DNA from: Eledone cirrhosa
Taxonomy: Eukaryota
NCBI GenBank assembly: GCA_964016885.1
Contig: CAXHJY010001472.1
Span: 62,001 to 126,000, forward strand
DNA: 64,000 bases
Reading direction: 5' to 3'
Below the pieces are notes generated by a model. That model worked only from the letters and a program-made list of their open reading frames with translations. It searched no databases and was not told the origin of the DNA. The position numbers and the translations under genes are program-made. Below are positions 51,256 through 62,689 of this stretch, one piece after another; within the stretch, counting starts at the first letter, position 1, and each line of letters starts with the position of its first letter.

Positions 51256-51584
51256 GGAGGCACATGGCTTAGTGGTTAGAGCATTGGCCTGGCAATCAAA
51301 AGATTGTGATTTCAATTCTCACACCGGGTGATGTGTTGTTTCCTTGAGCAAGACACTTTATTTCACATTGCTCCTGTTTACTCAGCTGTAGAAATGAGAT
51401 GATAGGACAGGGGTCCCTATCATTCCACTGTAAAGTGGACGTGTAGGCGCCACGGAAATAAAGCACCCAGCACTCACTGTAAATGAGGTTGGTGTTAGGA
51501 AGGGCATCCGGCTGTAGAAATCAAGCCAGAATCAGTTCACGTCCCACCCTTGCAAACAGGGAAAAGCGGATGTAAAATGATGAT
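51256..51584 (+). mobile_element. tRNA-derived SINE with RTE-derived middle and 3' tail
   Basis: A box TGGCTTAGTGG, decayed B box, tccttgagcaagacacttt, ggttggtgttaggaagggcatcc, tail cccacccttgcaaacagggaaaagcggatgtaaaatgatgat. Confidence 0.92.
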
Positions 51585-53202
51585 TCGTTGTTAATTCTAA
51601 CCTTGCTGACTTTTTCTTCATACATGGTTTGTATAGCTCTGACAAGCAATTCATCAACACCTAGTTTTCTAAGAGTCCACCAGATAATGGAGCGGGGGAC
51701 TCTGTCAAAGGCTTTCTCCAAGTCAACAAAAGCTAAGTATCGGGGTTTACTTTTAGCTAGGTACTTCTCCTGTAGTTGTCGTACAAGGAAAAGAGCGTCT
51801 GTGGTACTTTTACTTGACACAAACCCAAACGGCATTTCGTCTAGATCAATTCGCTCTCTTATTAATTGCGCTATAACTCTTTCTGTGACCTTCATGACCT
51901 GGTCAATTAATTTAATGCCTCTATAGTTTCCCCTATATAGGGCATCTCCTTTACCCTTGTAGCAGTTAATGATGATGATGCTATTATGCCAGTCATTTGG
52001 TATAACCCCATTCTGTATGACATGGTTTACTATCCGGGTGACCATAGAATGTCCCACCGATCCAGATGCTTTCAACATTTCAGCAACTATCTCTGAAGGC
52101 CCAGCTGCTTTGCCTGTCTCCATATCTTTGATTGCCTTACTTATTATACAACCTTCAACTTGCACTGCTGGTTCCTCTATTGGATTGTTTTGGGGCAGAC
52201 TATCTTTTTCCCACTTATTCTCCTCATTTAGTAGCCTCTCATAGTGACACTTCCAAGCTACCTTTTTATCTGTATCAGTGATGACAAGTATACCATCATC
52301 ATTACGGGCACACTTCTCCCCGACAATATCACGGTTTTCCTTGACACATTGCCTAGCAATCCTGAACACCTCACGTTTTTGGTCCTCACGTTGTAGAACA
52401 TGCTTGAACTTTATTTCTTCTGCTTCCCTTCTTGCAAAGTACACTTGTCTCCTAGCTTCCCTCCTGGCCATTTGATAGGCTTCTCTGCTTCCCCCATCCC
52501 GCCATGCTTTCCAAGCTCTCTTTTTGGCCTTGATTGACTCCTCCTGCCTATAGGTCTGCTCCAGCTACAGATTTCATCTGTCGCCTTCAGCAAGTTAACT
52601 TTCAGGAATTCCCACTGTTCCTCTATACTGTATGTCTCTAATTGCTCTTCTTTACTGTCAAAAGCATCAAGTAATTTGCTTTTAAATTTGTTACTGGCTG
52701 TGGGGGTCCTTTAACTTTCATATTCTTCTTCTCAGGGTAGTCCTCCTCTGTTGTCGAATACGTCTCGTCCTGACTATGAGGTCACTAACTATGAGCTATG
52801 TTGGGAGGTGCATTCTTCACGGGGGAGGGAAATAGTGTTTACAACAGACACTTTTTCACATCTTCTGGTAAGGATATAATCTATCTGACTGGCATGTTCC
52901 CCTGATCTATAGGTGATCAAGTGATTGTCTGGTTTTTAAAGTTTGTGTGACAGATAGTTAGGTTATTAGAGTTACAGAATTCCAGGATTCTAAAGCCTTC
53001 CTCATTTCTGGTACCAAACCTGTAGCCACCATGGATTCCATCATAGCTATCACAATGTTGTCCAACATGACCATTTAGGTCGGCAACAATTATGTTGTCA
53101 CTGTCGGTTAGTTGGGAGGTAGTGAGCATTAGCGACTCATAGAATCTGTCTTTAATAACGCCAGGCAGTCCACATTGGGGTGTGTAAGCAGATATTATTG
53201 TC
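51585..53202 (-). mobile_element. Second RTE family B copy, truncated at both ends (APE C-terminus to RT N-terminus)
   Basis: ORF 51521-52471 (MARREARRQVYF...AFVDLEKAFDRVPRSII) is colinear with 48291-49930. Confidence 0.95.
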
Positions 53203-53664
53203 CCCCTTTGCCCACCCGTCTCTTAAAGTAGCAGTAAAACATTGAACAATATTGAGTCAGCTTTTATAAAGTCGTTTGTCAAACGAGAGAACAGAGAGAC
53301 AATACCAGTAACCACGAGAGAGACAACCAACCAACCATAATTATATAATAAATCAAAGTGAAAACAAAACAATATAATTCAACAGATTTTTCCAGATAAA
53401 TCTTGCAAAACAATTTTTACCACCACCAACACCAACATAATTTCATCAACACACATATTATACATATATATACATATATATCTTTCATTTTCTAACCTTA
53501 ATCCCTAACAAATCCCACCCCCTCCAGTTCTAAAAATAGCAAATTCTTCCAGAAAGATAGACAGGGAAGAGAGGAAACACAGAGAAGAGAGGAACCCAGT
53601 ATTTGACTGGTACTTTTATTCATAAAAAGATAAAGTGAGAAAAATAAAGAGAGGAAGAATTCAC

Positions 53665-53796
53665 ATCAGTATTTCACTGGTACTTTTTTTATCAACTTCC
53701 AAGGGATGAAAGGCAAAATTGACCTCGGCGGGATTTCAACTCAGAGAGCATAGAACAAAAAGGAATACTGCAAAGTATTCTAATAACTCCCACCTT
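53665..53796 (-). mobile_element. Decayed SINE of the 46048 family
   Basis: actggtactttttttatcaacttccaagggatgaaaggcaaaattgacctcggcgggatttcaactcag. Confidence 0.75.
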
Positions 53797-53925
53797 ATAT
53801 GACATTTCATATATATATATATAACAATTGTATATATGCATGTGTGTATATACAACAAAATGATGAAATTAATTAAATGGAAAATTTTTCCCCAATACAA
53901 AACGTAAAAATAAATTTAACAAAGC

Positions 53926-54072
53926 TTTTTTTTTAAGAAATTAATTATATTTAATTTTTTTTTTAAGAAATAAATGAAATTAAACTTTTTATTTTTTAAG
54001 AAAAAAATTAAATTGAACTTTTTTTTAAGAAATAAATTAAACAAATTTTATTTTTTAAGAAATAAATTAAAT
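53926..54072. repeat. AT-only degenerate minisatellite, 5 copies of a ~30-bp unit with core ttttttaagaaa
   Basis: Directly visible. Confidence 0.8.
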
Positions 54073-54137
54073 ATAAATCTGACTGACCTGCAGCCATTTG
54101 ACTTCCCGTGAGTGATTATGAACACACACCCACTAAT

Positions 54138-54557
54138 ATCGTCATCATTTTACGTCCGCTTTTCCCTGCTTGCAAGGGTTGGACGGGTCCTATTCAGCAC
54201 AGCATCTCTCCACTTGTCACGGTCCTTCGTCATCTCCTCGGTGAGATTTGAGGTCTGCTCTCACCACCTCCGCCCATGTTTTTCGTGGTCTACCTCTACT
54301 GCGTCTTCCTTCTACTGGGATTTCTTGGCACTTCTTTAGCCGGCGGTCATCCTACATTCGCATCACATGTCCATACCATCTCAGCCTTCTCTCCTGCACA
54401 CCACAACTTATCCCTCTTATACCCAGTTTCTTTCTCAACTCGTCTATGCTTGGTCGTTCACGCACTTTGGCATTGCACATCCAATGGAGCATGCTTGCTT
54501 CATTTCTCTCTAGCCGTCGCATATCTTCTGCAGTTGCTGCCCATGTCTCACTACCAT
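54138..54557 (-). mobile_element. RTE family A 3' end
   Basis: Reverse complement of the 928-1330 and 56960-57340 segments, including the cttgcaagcagggaaaagcggacgtaaaatgatga tail. Confidence 0.92.
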
Positions 54558-55750
54558 CTCACACATGTGTGTATGTATGAATCTGTGTGTGTGTGTATAA
54601 TTGTGAACCTGGTGGTGGGGATGGAGGTGGTAGTAGTTGTTTGGGCGGAAATTTCATTGAGATGAAAGAAGTTTTGCCAGTCAGTGTGGGTATGTGTGTG
54701 TATGTGTAACAACAACAACACAAACACCGCCACCACTCACAACAACACCGCCAATCCAAACAACACCAGCAAAAACTAAAACATGATTTATTATTCTGTG
54801 AAGAAATTAAATATTTTGATCAGAACAATGTGAAATATATGTGTGTGTGTGAGTGTATGCATGTATGTGTGTACTTGTATATCGTAATTTCTATGTCTAT
54901 ATTTATGAGAAAGAAGGATAGAGAATCAACAGATCATGTATATAAATAGCTATTCAGTTTCATATATACACACCCACCCAAAAATTAAAACTTATCCCTA
55001 TCAATTCTTCTACAAATTGATGAATCCTGTCTTATCTAAGTGACAATCATATTTAAACAATAAAATACAACCCCAAACCTTGAAAATACCTAACCTGTTG
55101 CAGTAATTATGTCACATGAAATATCTTTCTTTTAACAGCATACAATTAGCACTGACTGAGACCGAACCAGCCTTAACAAGGCATAAATTCAATCACAGTT
55201 TTATCAAACGACAACATTTCCGGATAAAAGGGAAACAACTCCAATAATTTTATTAAAATATTGTAGAGTAATCTCCCTTTGCTAATTGGAATGCTGCATA
55301 AACAGATTTGTAGTCTTATGTAAACACACAAACACTATACACAATAACATATATATATATATGTAGATATACATATAGATATACATACACGTGTATACAT
55401 ACATACATATATAGATATATGTACACATAAGTATATACATACATGACAATATACTATACCCCCACATCAAAACTAAAGCGCAACTATTTCAACGCTGGCA
55501 ATCTAGCTCAACTTATCAGAGCTACAAGTCAAAATGTCAGAGTAAAAAGAAAAAAAAAATAAGCTTTTTAAACAAACGAGTTTTAGGAAATATATAAAAT
55601 ATAACCGGTGGCAATGTAATCCATCTTAGCAATTAATTATTATTGAAATTATATATTAAAAACAAATAGATATTTAGTGCTCAATGTCTGTTCATGTGAG
55701 TGAGAGAGTGTATGTGTGTGTTTTCTTCTTTCATTTTTTCACAAATTATT

Positions 55751-57345
55751 ATCCGATAGAGGGACCAGCTATTCACAAAGACGAATATAGGGTTAGGGCA
55801 TCAAAAGTAGCTACTAAACTGGTTGCACGCATCGTCAATCAAGTTATATATATGGCTGAGTCATACCCAAAGACTGGTGCAGCAGTATTCTTATAAATTG
55901 CGACAAAGGTAGAAAGGGATGCTCTGGAAATGAGCAATTATAGGGGCATCAAACTGATGGATCCGGTTATGAAAGTGACAGAAAGAATACTATTGCAACT
56001 AATTAGAGAAAGGGCCAAACTAAATGAGATGCAGTTTGGTTTTATGCCTGGGAAAAGTACAACAGATGCCCTCTTCTTAGTGATACAACTACAAGAGAGG
56101 TTCTTAGAGAAGAATAAGCCACTATACTTAGCTTTTGATGACTTAGAGGAGGTCTTTGATAGTGTACCACGATCTGTCATCTGGTGGTCTCTAAGGAAAA
56201 TAGGTGTAGAGGAATGGCTTGTGAGGACAGTGCAAGCTAAGTACAGAGGTTCTGTCAGTAAAGTGAGAGAAGTAATGGAGTTTAATGAGGAATTCCAGAT
56301 ACAAGTAGGAGTGCATCAGGGCTCTGTCCTCAGCCCGATCTTGTTCATTATAATTCTCCAAGCCATAACACGAGTTTAAGACTGACTGCCCATGGGAACT
56401 TCTCTAGGCTGACGATCTGGTACTTATAGCAGATTCAGTAGAGGAACTAGAGAAGAAATTCTGTCTATGGAAAAATCAGTTGGAATCAAGAGGACTGAGA
56501 GTGAACCTAGCTAAGACAAAAGTATTGATAAGTAGAGAAGAGGACAAAACTCTGATTCCATCAGGGAAATGGTCATGTTCAATATGTAGAAAAGGAGTTG
56601 GGATAAATTCTATAAAATGTACACAATGCAGATCCTGGGTACACAAGAGATGTAGTGGGATAGCAGGCAAACTAACAAGTAGAGAGAAATACGTATGCAG
56701 TAGTTGTACAGAACTTGACAGTAGAAGACGCAGTGATAGACACATTTACCACATGAAGGTGGGTTCTAAAGAAGTGGGTGATAGCTTCCGCTACCTAGGT
56801 GATCTGATTAGAATGGGAGGGGTGTTCCGAGACCATAATATCTAGAATAAGGACAGGTCGGAAGAAATTTAGGGAGCTGCTTCCTCTGTTGACAAAGAAG
56901 GATTTCTCCCTGCGTACGAAAGGATGGTTATATGATGACTGTGTGAGATGCGCGATGCTGCATGATAGTGAGACTTGGGCAGCAACTGCAGAGGATATGC
57001 GATGGCTGGAGAGAAATGAACGACTAGGCATGGAGGACTTCAGGGAGAAACTGTTTAACTGGGATAAGTTGTAGTGTGCAGGAGAGAAGACTATGTTGGT
57101 ATAGACATGTGATGCGCATGGAGGATGACACCTAGGTAAAGAAGTGCCAAGAAATCCCAGTAGAAGGACAACGCAGTAGAGGAAGACCACGAAAAATACG
57201 GGCGGAGCTGGTGTGAGCAGACCTCAAATCTCTAAAGCTCAATGAGGAGATGACGAAGGACCGTGACAAGTGGAGAGATACTGTGCTCAATAGGTTCGTC
57301 CCACCCTTGCAAGCAAGGAAAAGCGGACGTAAAGTGATGAAGATA
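55751..57345 (+). mobile_element. 5'-truncated RTE family A: RT, PHD-type finger and 3' tail; decayed
   Basis: NYRGIKLMD, QFGFMPGKSTTDA, GVHQGSVLSPILF, (*)ADDL, WSCSICRKGVGINSIKCTQCRSWVHKRCSG...CSSC, FRYLGD. Confidence 0.95.
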
Positions 57346-58283
57346 AGACTTGTTGAAATTTAAACATCAACTAGGTAGATATGTATGCATGTGTGTGCAG
57401 CTATCCATCTATTTGTGTGCGCTTGTGTTCCTTTTCACTTATGTGTGCATCTGTATATGCTTAGTATTTAGATGCACATCATCTCCAATGTTTCAAATAT
57501 TTTTTATCATACTTACATCGATTATACTTCGAATTACAAATATAGTCGTCTTCTTTCTATTTCTCTAAAGCAAAGCTTCACAACTAATATGAACGTATAG
57601 TCAGGGTCGACCATGTGCAAATGTTTCCTTATTTCTGCATAGAGAGTAATATAGATAAACAAATTATATTATCTTCACCAACAAACGCTATATTGTCTCT
57701 CACTTTCAAGGATACGCTTTTGCAATAAAACAACAGGAAATAAAGACAAACTATCTGATTCCCTAATATATAATATTATATTGGTATCTGCTTGGCAGCG
57801 AACTCCAACTGCTGGGCGTCGTCTGTTATGCTTCCGATTCATTGCTTTTCACCGGAACAATCCACAACTACTCTTTCTATGTCTTAAAACGTTTGCTGTA
57901 ACTCCCAATGTTTACTCTCGGGGATGACCTTTCTAGGGATTGCATTCTTCACACTTTTCGCCACATCTTTCCACAGCTTCTTCACATCGGTCACATCTTC
58001 AATGTTCAATCTGCACAATTTCCACTTCTTTTCACATCTAGGTCTTTTGTGTACATCCCTATCTATTCTGTGACTCAGTTAGTCTTAGTTTCAAGTTCTT
58101 ATATTGTAAAATAATCTTTCAACATGGGAGACAATATAGCACTTGTTGCTGAAGATAGACTTTTATCCTCTATATTATTCTCACTCTCCAGCTTCCAGGT
58201 AACATATCCATGCATAATATTTGTGTGTGTGTGTCGTAATTTGTCTATATTTGAGAAAAGGATAATGATAAAAAGATATATAC

Positions 58284-58583
58284 AGGGAGGAGGAGAGTGA
58301 CTTGGTGGTGGAACAATATGGTAGATGAGGCAGTTAAGGTTAAGCGACAGGCATGGAAAGAATGGAAGAACAGGGCACATTACATAGAGACCAGGAGGGA
58401 AGCTAGGCGACAAGTATACTTAGCTAGAAGGGAGGTAGAGGATAGGAAATTCAAGCATGTTTTGCAACACGAGGAACAGAAACAGGAGGTGTTCCAGATT
58501 ACGAGGCAGTGTGTCAGAGAGAATTGTGATGTCATTGGAGAGAAGTGTTTCCAGAATGATAAAGGTGAGCTTGCATTCACAAG
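58284..58583 (+). mobile_element. RTE linker fragment
   Basis: RRVTWWWNNMVDEAVKVKRQAWKEW...RREARRQVYLARRE...VIGEKC. Confidence 0.88.
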
Positions 58584-60083
58584 TGCCCTATCCATATAGG
58601 AGGTAGCAGAGCGGAAGCCAAACAACATAGGCCAGTCTCCCTGACGTCACATATCAGTAAGGTCATGGAGCGAATCGTCAGAAAGAAACTGATCACTTTC
58701 CTCGAAGAAAATGACTGCCTGACTAACACACAGCATGGCTTTCACCCAGGAAGAAGCTGCCTTACACAGCTGCTACATCATTAAGACTGGGTACTGAAAC
58801 AACTGCTTGACAGCTCACATGTGGACATGATATATCTGGACTTTGCGAAGGCCTTTGACAAAGTCGACCACGGAATGATATGTCACAAACTACACGGACT
58901 CACCATAACTAGAAAAGTAGGTGAGTGGCTGCACGACTTCTTAAAGGAAAGAAGCCAGACAGTCGCAGCAAACGGGGGCCCTCTCAAAGGAATTATCAAT
59001 AACAAGTGGGGTTCCCCAAGGCACAGTCCTGGGACCACTACTGTTTTTGGTGGCTCTCTCAGACATACCCTCTGTAGTACATACAACAACATCCCTCACT
59101 AGCTATGCTGATGACACTAAGGTAGCACAGGAAATCAAAAACCCGGCTGACTCTGCCCTTTTACAACAAGGGCTGTATGCCATATACAAATGGGCAGAAG
59201 ACAACAACATGCAGTTTAATGCTGGCAAATTCCAAGTGCTACGCAATTCCTGCAAACACAAATACAGTACAACACAGTTACACCGGACCAGGAGGGACCG
59301 ATATGACCGATATCCCTGGGTAAAAATCGATATGAGACTTGGGTATAGACATGAGCGATGATGCATCTTTTTCCTCTCACATCATGAAAGTGGCGACAAT
59401 GTGCAGACGACTCGCTGGCTGGATCTTGAAGACTTTCCGGACAAGAGACCGAGACACCATGTTGACACTATGGAGGACATTTGTCCTAAGCCGCCTGGAC
59501 TATTGCTCCCAGTTGTGGTCACCCCATAGTGTCAAACTAACCACGGAGCTTGAGGCAATCCAGCGAAGCTACACCAAGAAGATTGTGACTATGAAGGAGA
59601 TAAGCTACTGGGCGAGGCTAAAAGAACTGAACCTCTACTCCTTGGAATGAAGACGGGAGAGATACGCAGTGATCTACATGTGGAAAATCCTGGAGGGACT
59701 AGCACCAAACTTTGGCATTGGCAGCTGGACCAACTGCCGAACAGGACGTCATTGTGTGGTGCCAAAGATCCCGTCTTCCATATCTAGAATAAGGAGCAGA
59801 TATTGCAAAAGTCTGGGGTTCAAGGACCCTCAACTCTTCAACAAGCTGCCAAGGGATCTGAGAGATCTGCATGGTGTGGATGTCTTCAAGAAACATGTCG
59901 ACACCTTGCTATACAAGATCCTAGATGAGCCCACAGCAAGGCACGAGGGAAACCTAAGGGCAGCAGCAATGAACTCCCTGTTGCACCAGTGGTCAACCAA
60001 TACAGGCTGGAGATTAAATGTGTAGCAACAAGGGCGGTGCCCCAGCATAGCCTCAGCCGGATGGCTGGAACAGGTAAAAAGAG
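58584..60083 (+). mobile_element. 5'-truncated CR1-group LINE (RT and 3' end), decayed
   Basis: RPVSLTSHI, QHGF..GRSCLTQLL, DMIYLDFAKAFDKVDH, SGVPQGTVLGPLLF, SYADDTK, SRLDYCSQLWSP, LNLYSLE*RRERY. Confidence 0.92.
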
Positions 60084-60095
60084 TATATATATACA

Positions 60096-60134
<39 letters not shown>

Positions 60135-60139
<5 letters not shown>

Positions 60140-60512
60140 AAGTGTTAAAACGATCAAATTTTAGTTTAGAACATTTATTTGCTGACAATTGTTTCTTCCA
60201 GAAACATGTTACTAAAATCCTATCATTCAGAACATTTAAGATACATAATTGTTATTAGTGTCAAAGGCATCATGTGGAGAATCAGGAGTTAAAAAGATGT
60301 TCTGCTTGAAAGAACACAATTACAGGCAGCACTGGTTGGAAGTGTAATAGGTATAAGTAAAAAGCACAAGCAAAAAAATCACAGGCATAAAAGTTATAAG
60401 CAATGTTTCAACATTCCTTATGCTCCGATGATTCCAGACTTCCCTCTGGAAGAAACAATTGTCAGCAAATAAATGTTCTAAAGTAAAATTTGATCATTTT
60501 AACACTTTGTAT
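60135..60512. mobile_element. Short Penelope-like element remnant bounded by 68-bp inverted repeats (inverted pseudo-LTR arrangement)
   Basis: 60135-60202 versus 60445-60512, 66/68 match; the right arm overlaps a hammerhead and AATAAA. Confidence 0.7.
60421..60467 (+). ncRNA. Minimal type I hammerhead ribozyme, variant core CCGAUGA
   Basis: tgct-CCGATGA-ttccaga-cttccc-tctggaa-GAAA-caattg-tc-agca-AATAAA: stem I 4 bp, stem II 7 bp perfect, palindromic stem III, GUC cleavage triplet (after 60463). Confidence 0.78.
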
Positions 60513-60552
60513 CTCGGTTCTGTAAAACACTTGAAAACTTGCATTGAGCCTT

Positions 60553-60601
60553 TTGTCATACCGGTAACCTTCCAGATCATTATATGGAAGGTCATCTTCA
60601 G
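60553..60601 (-). ncRNA. Decayed hammerhead motif (GAAA box damaged)
   Basis: Minus strand CTGAAGA-tg-accttcca-(10 nt)-tggaaggt-t-accggt-a-tgacaa. Palindromic accggt is present but GAA is missing. Confidence 0.45.
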
Positions 60602-60921
60602 GGCTAAGAGAAAGAAAATACAGCGATCTGAAGAAAGTGAAGAAGTTTGGCATGCCCGTCTAGCTGCTAACAGAGCCCAAACAGCTTTACCAAGAGCACA
60701 CAGTTTGGATGAAAGGGAACAAAGGACTACTGCTACTCGAGAACAACAAATTAAGGAACAACAGCAAATCAGACGAAATGCTAATCAAGCACATCGTTTT
60801 ACTGCCTGAGCAGGAGAACAAGCCACAAGTAGAATAAACTGGCTGATGGGGGCTTTTTCTGATGGGGTTATGTTAGCCATCCGAAACAAAGAGGAGCCCT
60901 TACATTCTCGTCCATGAGGTG

Positions 60922-61664
60922 AATTTGTCTTTATGTATGTGTACGTATGTGTGTGTATGTATGTATATGCATGTATGTGTATGTATGTATGTATATGCAT
61001 GTATGTATATGCATGTATGTATATGCATGTATGTGTATGTATGTATGTATGTGTATGTATGTATGTATATGTATATATGTATGTGTATATATGTGTATAT
61101 GTATATGTATGTATGTATATATGTGTGTATGTATGTATGTGTGTATGTATGTATGTGTGTATGTATGTATATGTGTGTATGTATGTATATGTGTGTATGT
61201 ATGTATATATATATGTGTGTATGTATGTATATATATATGTGTGTGTATGTAAATATGTATGTGTGTATGTATATATGTATGTGTGTGTATATATGTATGT
61301 GTATATATATATGTATGTGTATATATATATGTATGTGTATATATATATGTATGTGTATATATATATGTATGTGTATATATGTATGTATGTGTATATATGT
61401 ATGTATGTGTATATATGTATGTATGTGTATATATGTATGTATGTGTATATATGTGTGTGTGTGTATGTATGTGTGTGTGTGTATGTATGTATGTATATGT
61501 ATGTATGTATATGTATATATACTTGTGTATATGCTTATGTATGCGTATGTATGTATATGTATATATATATGTATGTATGTATATGTATGTATATGTGTAT
61601 GTATATGTGTATGTATGTATGTATGTGTGTGTATGTATGTATGTATGTGTATGTATATGTATAT
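60922..61664. repeat. (TATG/TA/TG)n compound microsatellite with an internal 18-bp higher-order repeat
   Basis: Directly visible; the ORF track shows (HIHIYI)/(HIHTYI) periodicity around 61290-61450. Confidence 0.95.
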
Positions 61665-61992
61665 GGAGGCACATGGCTTAGTGGTTAGAGCATTGGCCTG
61701 GCAATCGAAAGGTTGTGAGTTCAATTCTCAGACCGGGTGATGTGTTGGTTCCTTGAGCAAAACACTTTATTTCACATTGCTCCAGTTTACTCAGCTGTAG
61801 AAATGAGATGATAGGGACTAGGGTCCATATCATTCCACTGCAAAGTGGTCGTGGAGGTGCCACGGCAAAAAAGCACCCAGCACTCACTGTAAATGAGGTT
61901 GGTGTTAGGAAGGGCATCCAGCTGTAGAAATCAAGCCAGAATCAGTTCCCGTCCCACCCTTGCAAGCAGGGAAAAAGCGGACTTAAAACGAA

Positions 61993-62027
<35 letters not shown>
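61665..62027 (+). mobile_element. tRNA-derived SINE (paralog of 51256-51584) with an expanded (GAT)n tail
   Basis: A box TGGCTTAGTGG, B box GAGTTCAATTC, same body and RTE tail. Confidence 0.93.
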
Positions 62028-62028
<1 letters not shown>

Positions 62029-62077
62029 TATGTATGTATGTGTATATGTATGTATGTATGTATATGTATGTATGTGT

Positions 62078-62215
62078 ATGAGATGCAGCTTGGTTTTGTG
62101 CCGCTGAAAAGTGCAACAGATGCCCTCTTCTTAGTGAGACAACTACAAAAGAGGTTCTTAGAGAAAAATAAGCCACTATACTTAGCTTTGGACATAGAGA
62201 AGGCTTTTGATAGAG
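62078..62215 (+). mobile_element. Small RTE family A RT fragment
   Basis: EMQLGFVPLKSATDALFLVRQLQKRFLEKNKPLYLALDIEKAFDR. Confidence 0.88.
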
Positions 62216-62689
62216 AACTCTTATAAATGACAACATATATATACGTGTGTGTATATATATGTTTTTTTTAAAACTATATATTTATTACTCCCTTAAGCAG
62301 AAGAAATATATTCCCAGATATCGAAGATTACCACAATAACTAGGGAGCGGAAGTCAAAAGATGCTGGACATTACTGCTGAGGGTAGGATGACCTGATGAG
62401 CTGGCTCCTGTGGTGGATACCTAAACATAGTAAGACCCAAGTGGGATGACTGAGGTTCACCTACATACATCAGATGTCTCTGGATCTCCAGCTAGAGATT
62501 AATGATCTCAGGAATGCCATGAAAAATCGTGACATCTAAAAAAGAAGAGTAGAATTGTTCTGGCCAATCCACCTGACCTAATAAACAATAATAATATTAA
62601 TATATATTGATGAAAATTAATTATGGTGAAATATCTTAGAAATCATTCTCAGAGGTTTTGTATTGTAATCCACACTTGCTCATTGTGGC

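Noticed and set aside
51256-51330. tRNA gene (also 61665-61740 and 46140-46232)
   Set aside because: The A/B boxes belong to SINE heads that continue into a SINE body and tail; no full cloverleaf.
50183-51331. Long ORFs (267-360 aa) rich in Y/I/H/T or C/M/V/Y
   Set aside because: Translations of stop-free (TATG/TA/TG) microsatellite, open in nearly all frames.
55095-55303. Possible isolated minus-strand exon (tttatgcag ... CAG|gttagg)
   Set aside because: Weak acceptor, stops in the frames read and no supporting neighbours.
60900-61740. Long ORFs (247-274 aa)
   Set aside because: Same microsatellite artefact.
62385-62440. Possible hammerhead (ctgatgag...taaacatagta)
   Set aside because: GAAA box absent, and stems I and II do not pair convincingly.
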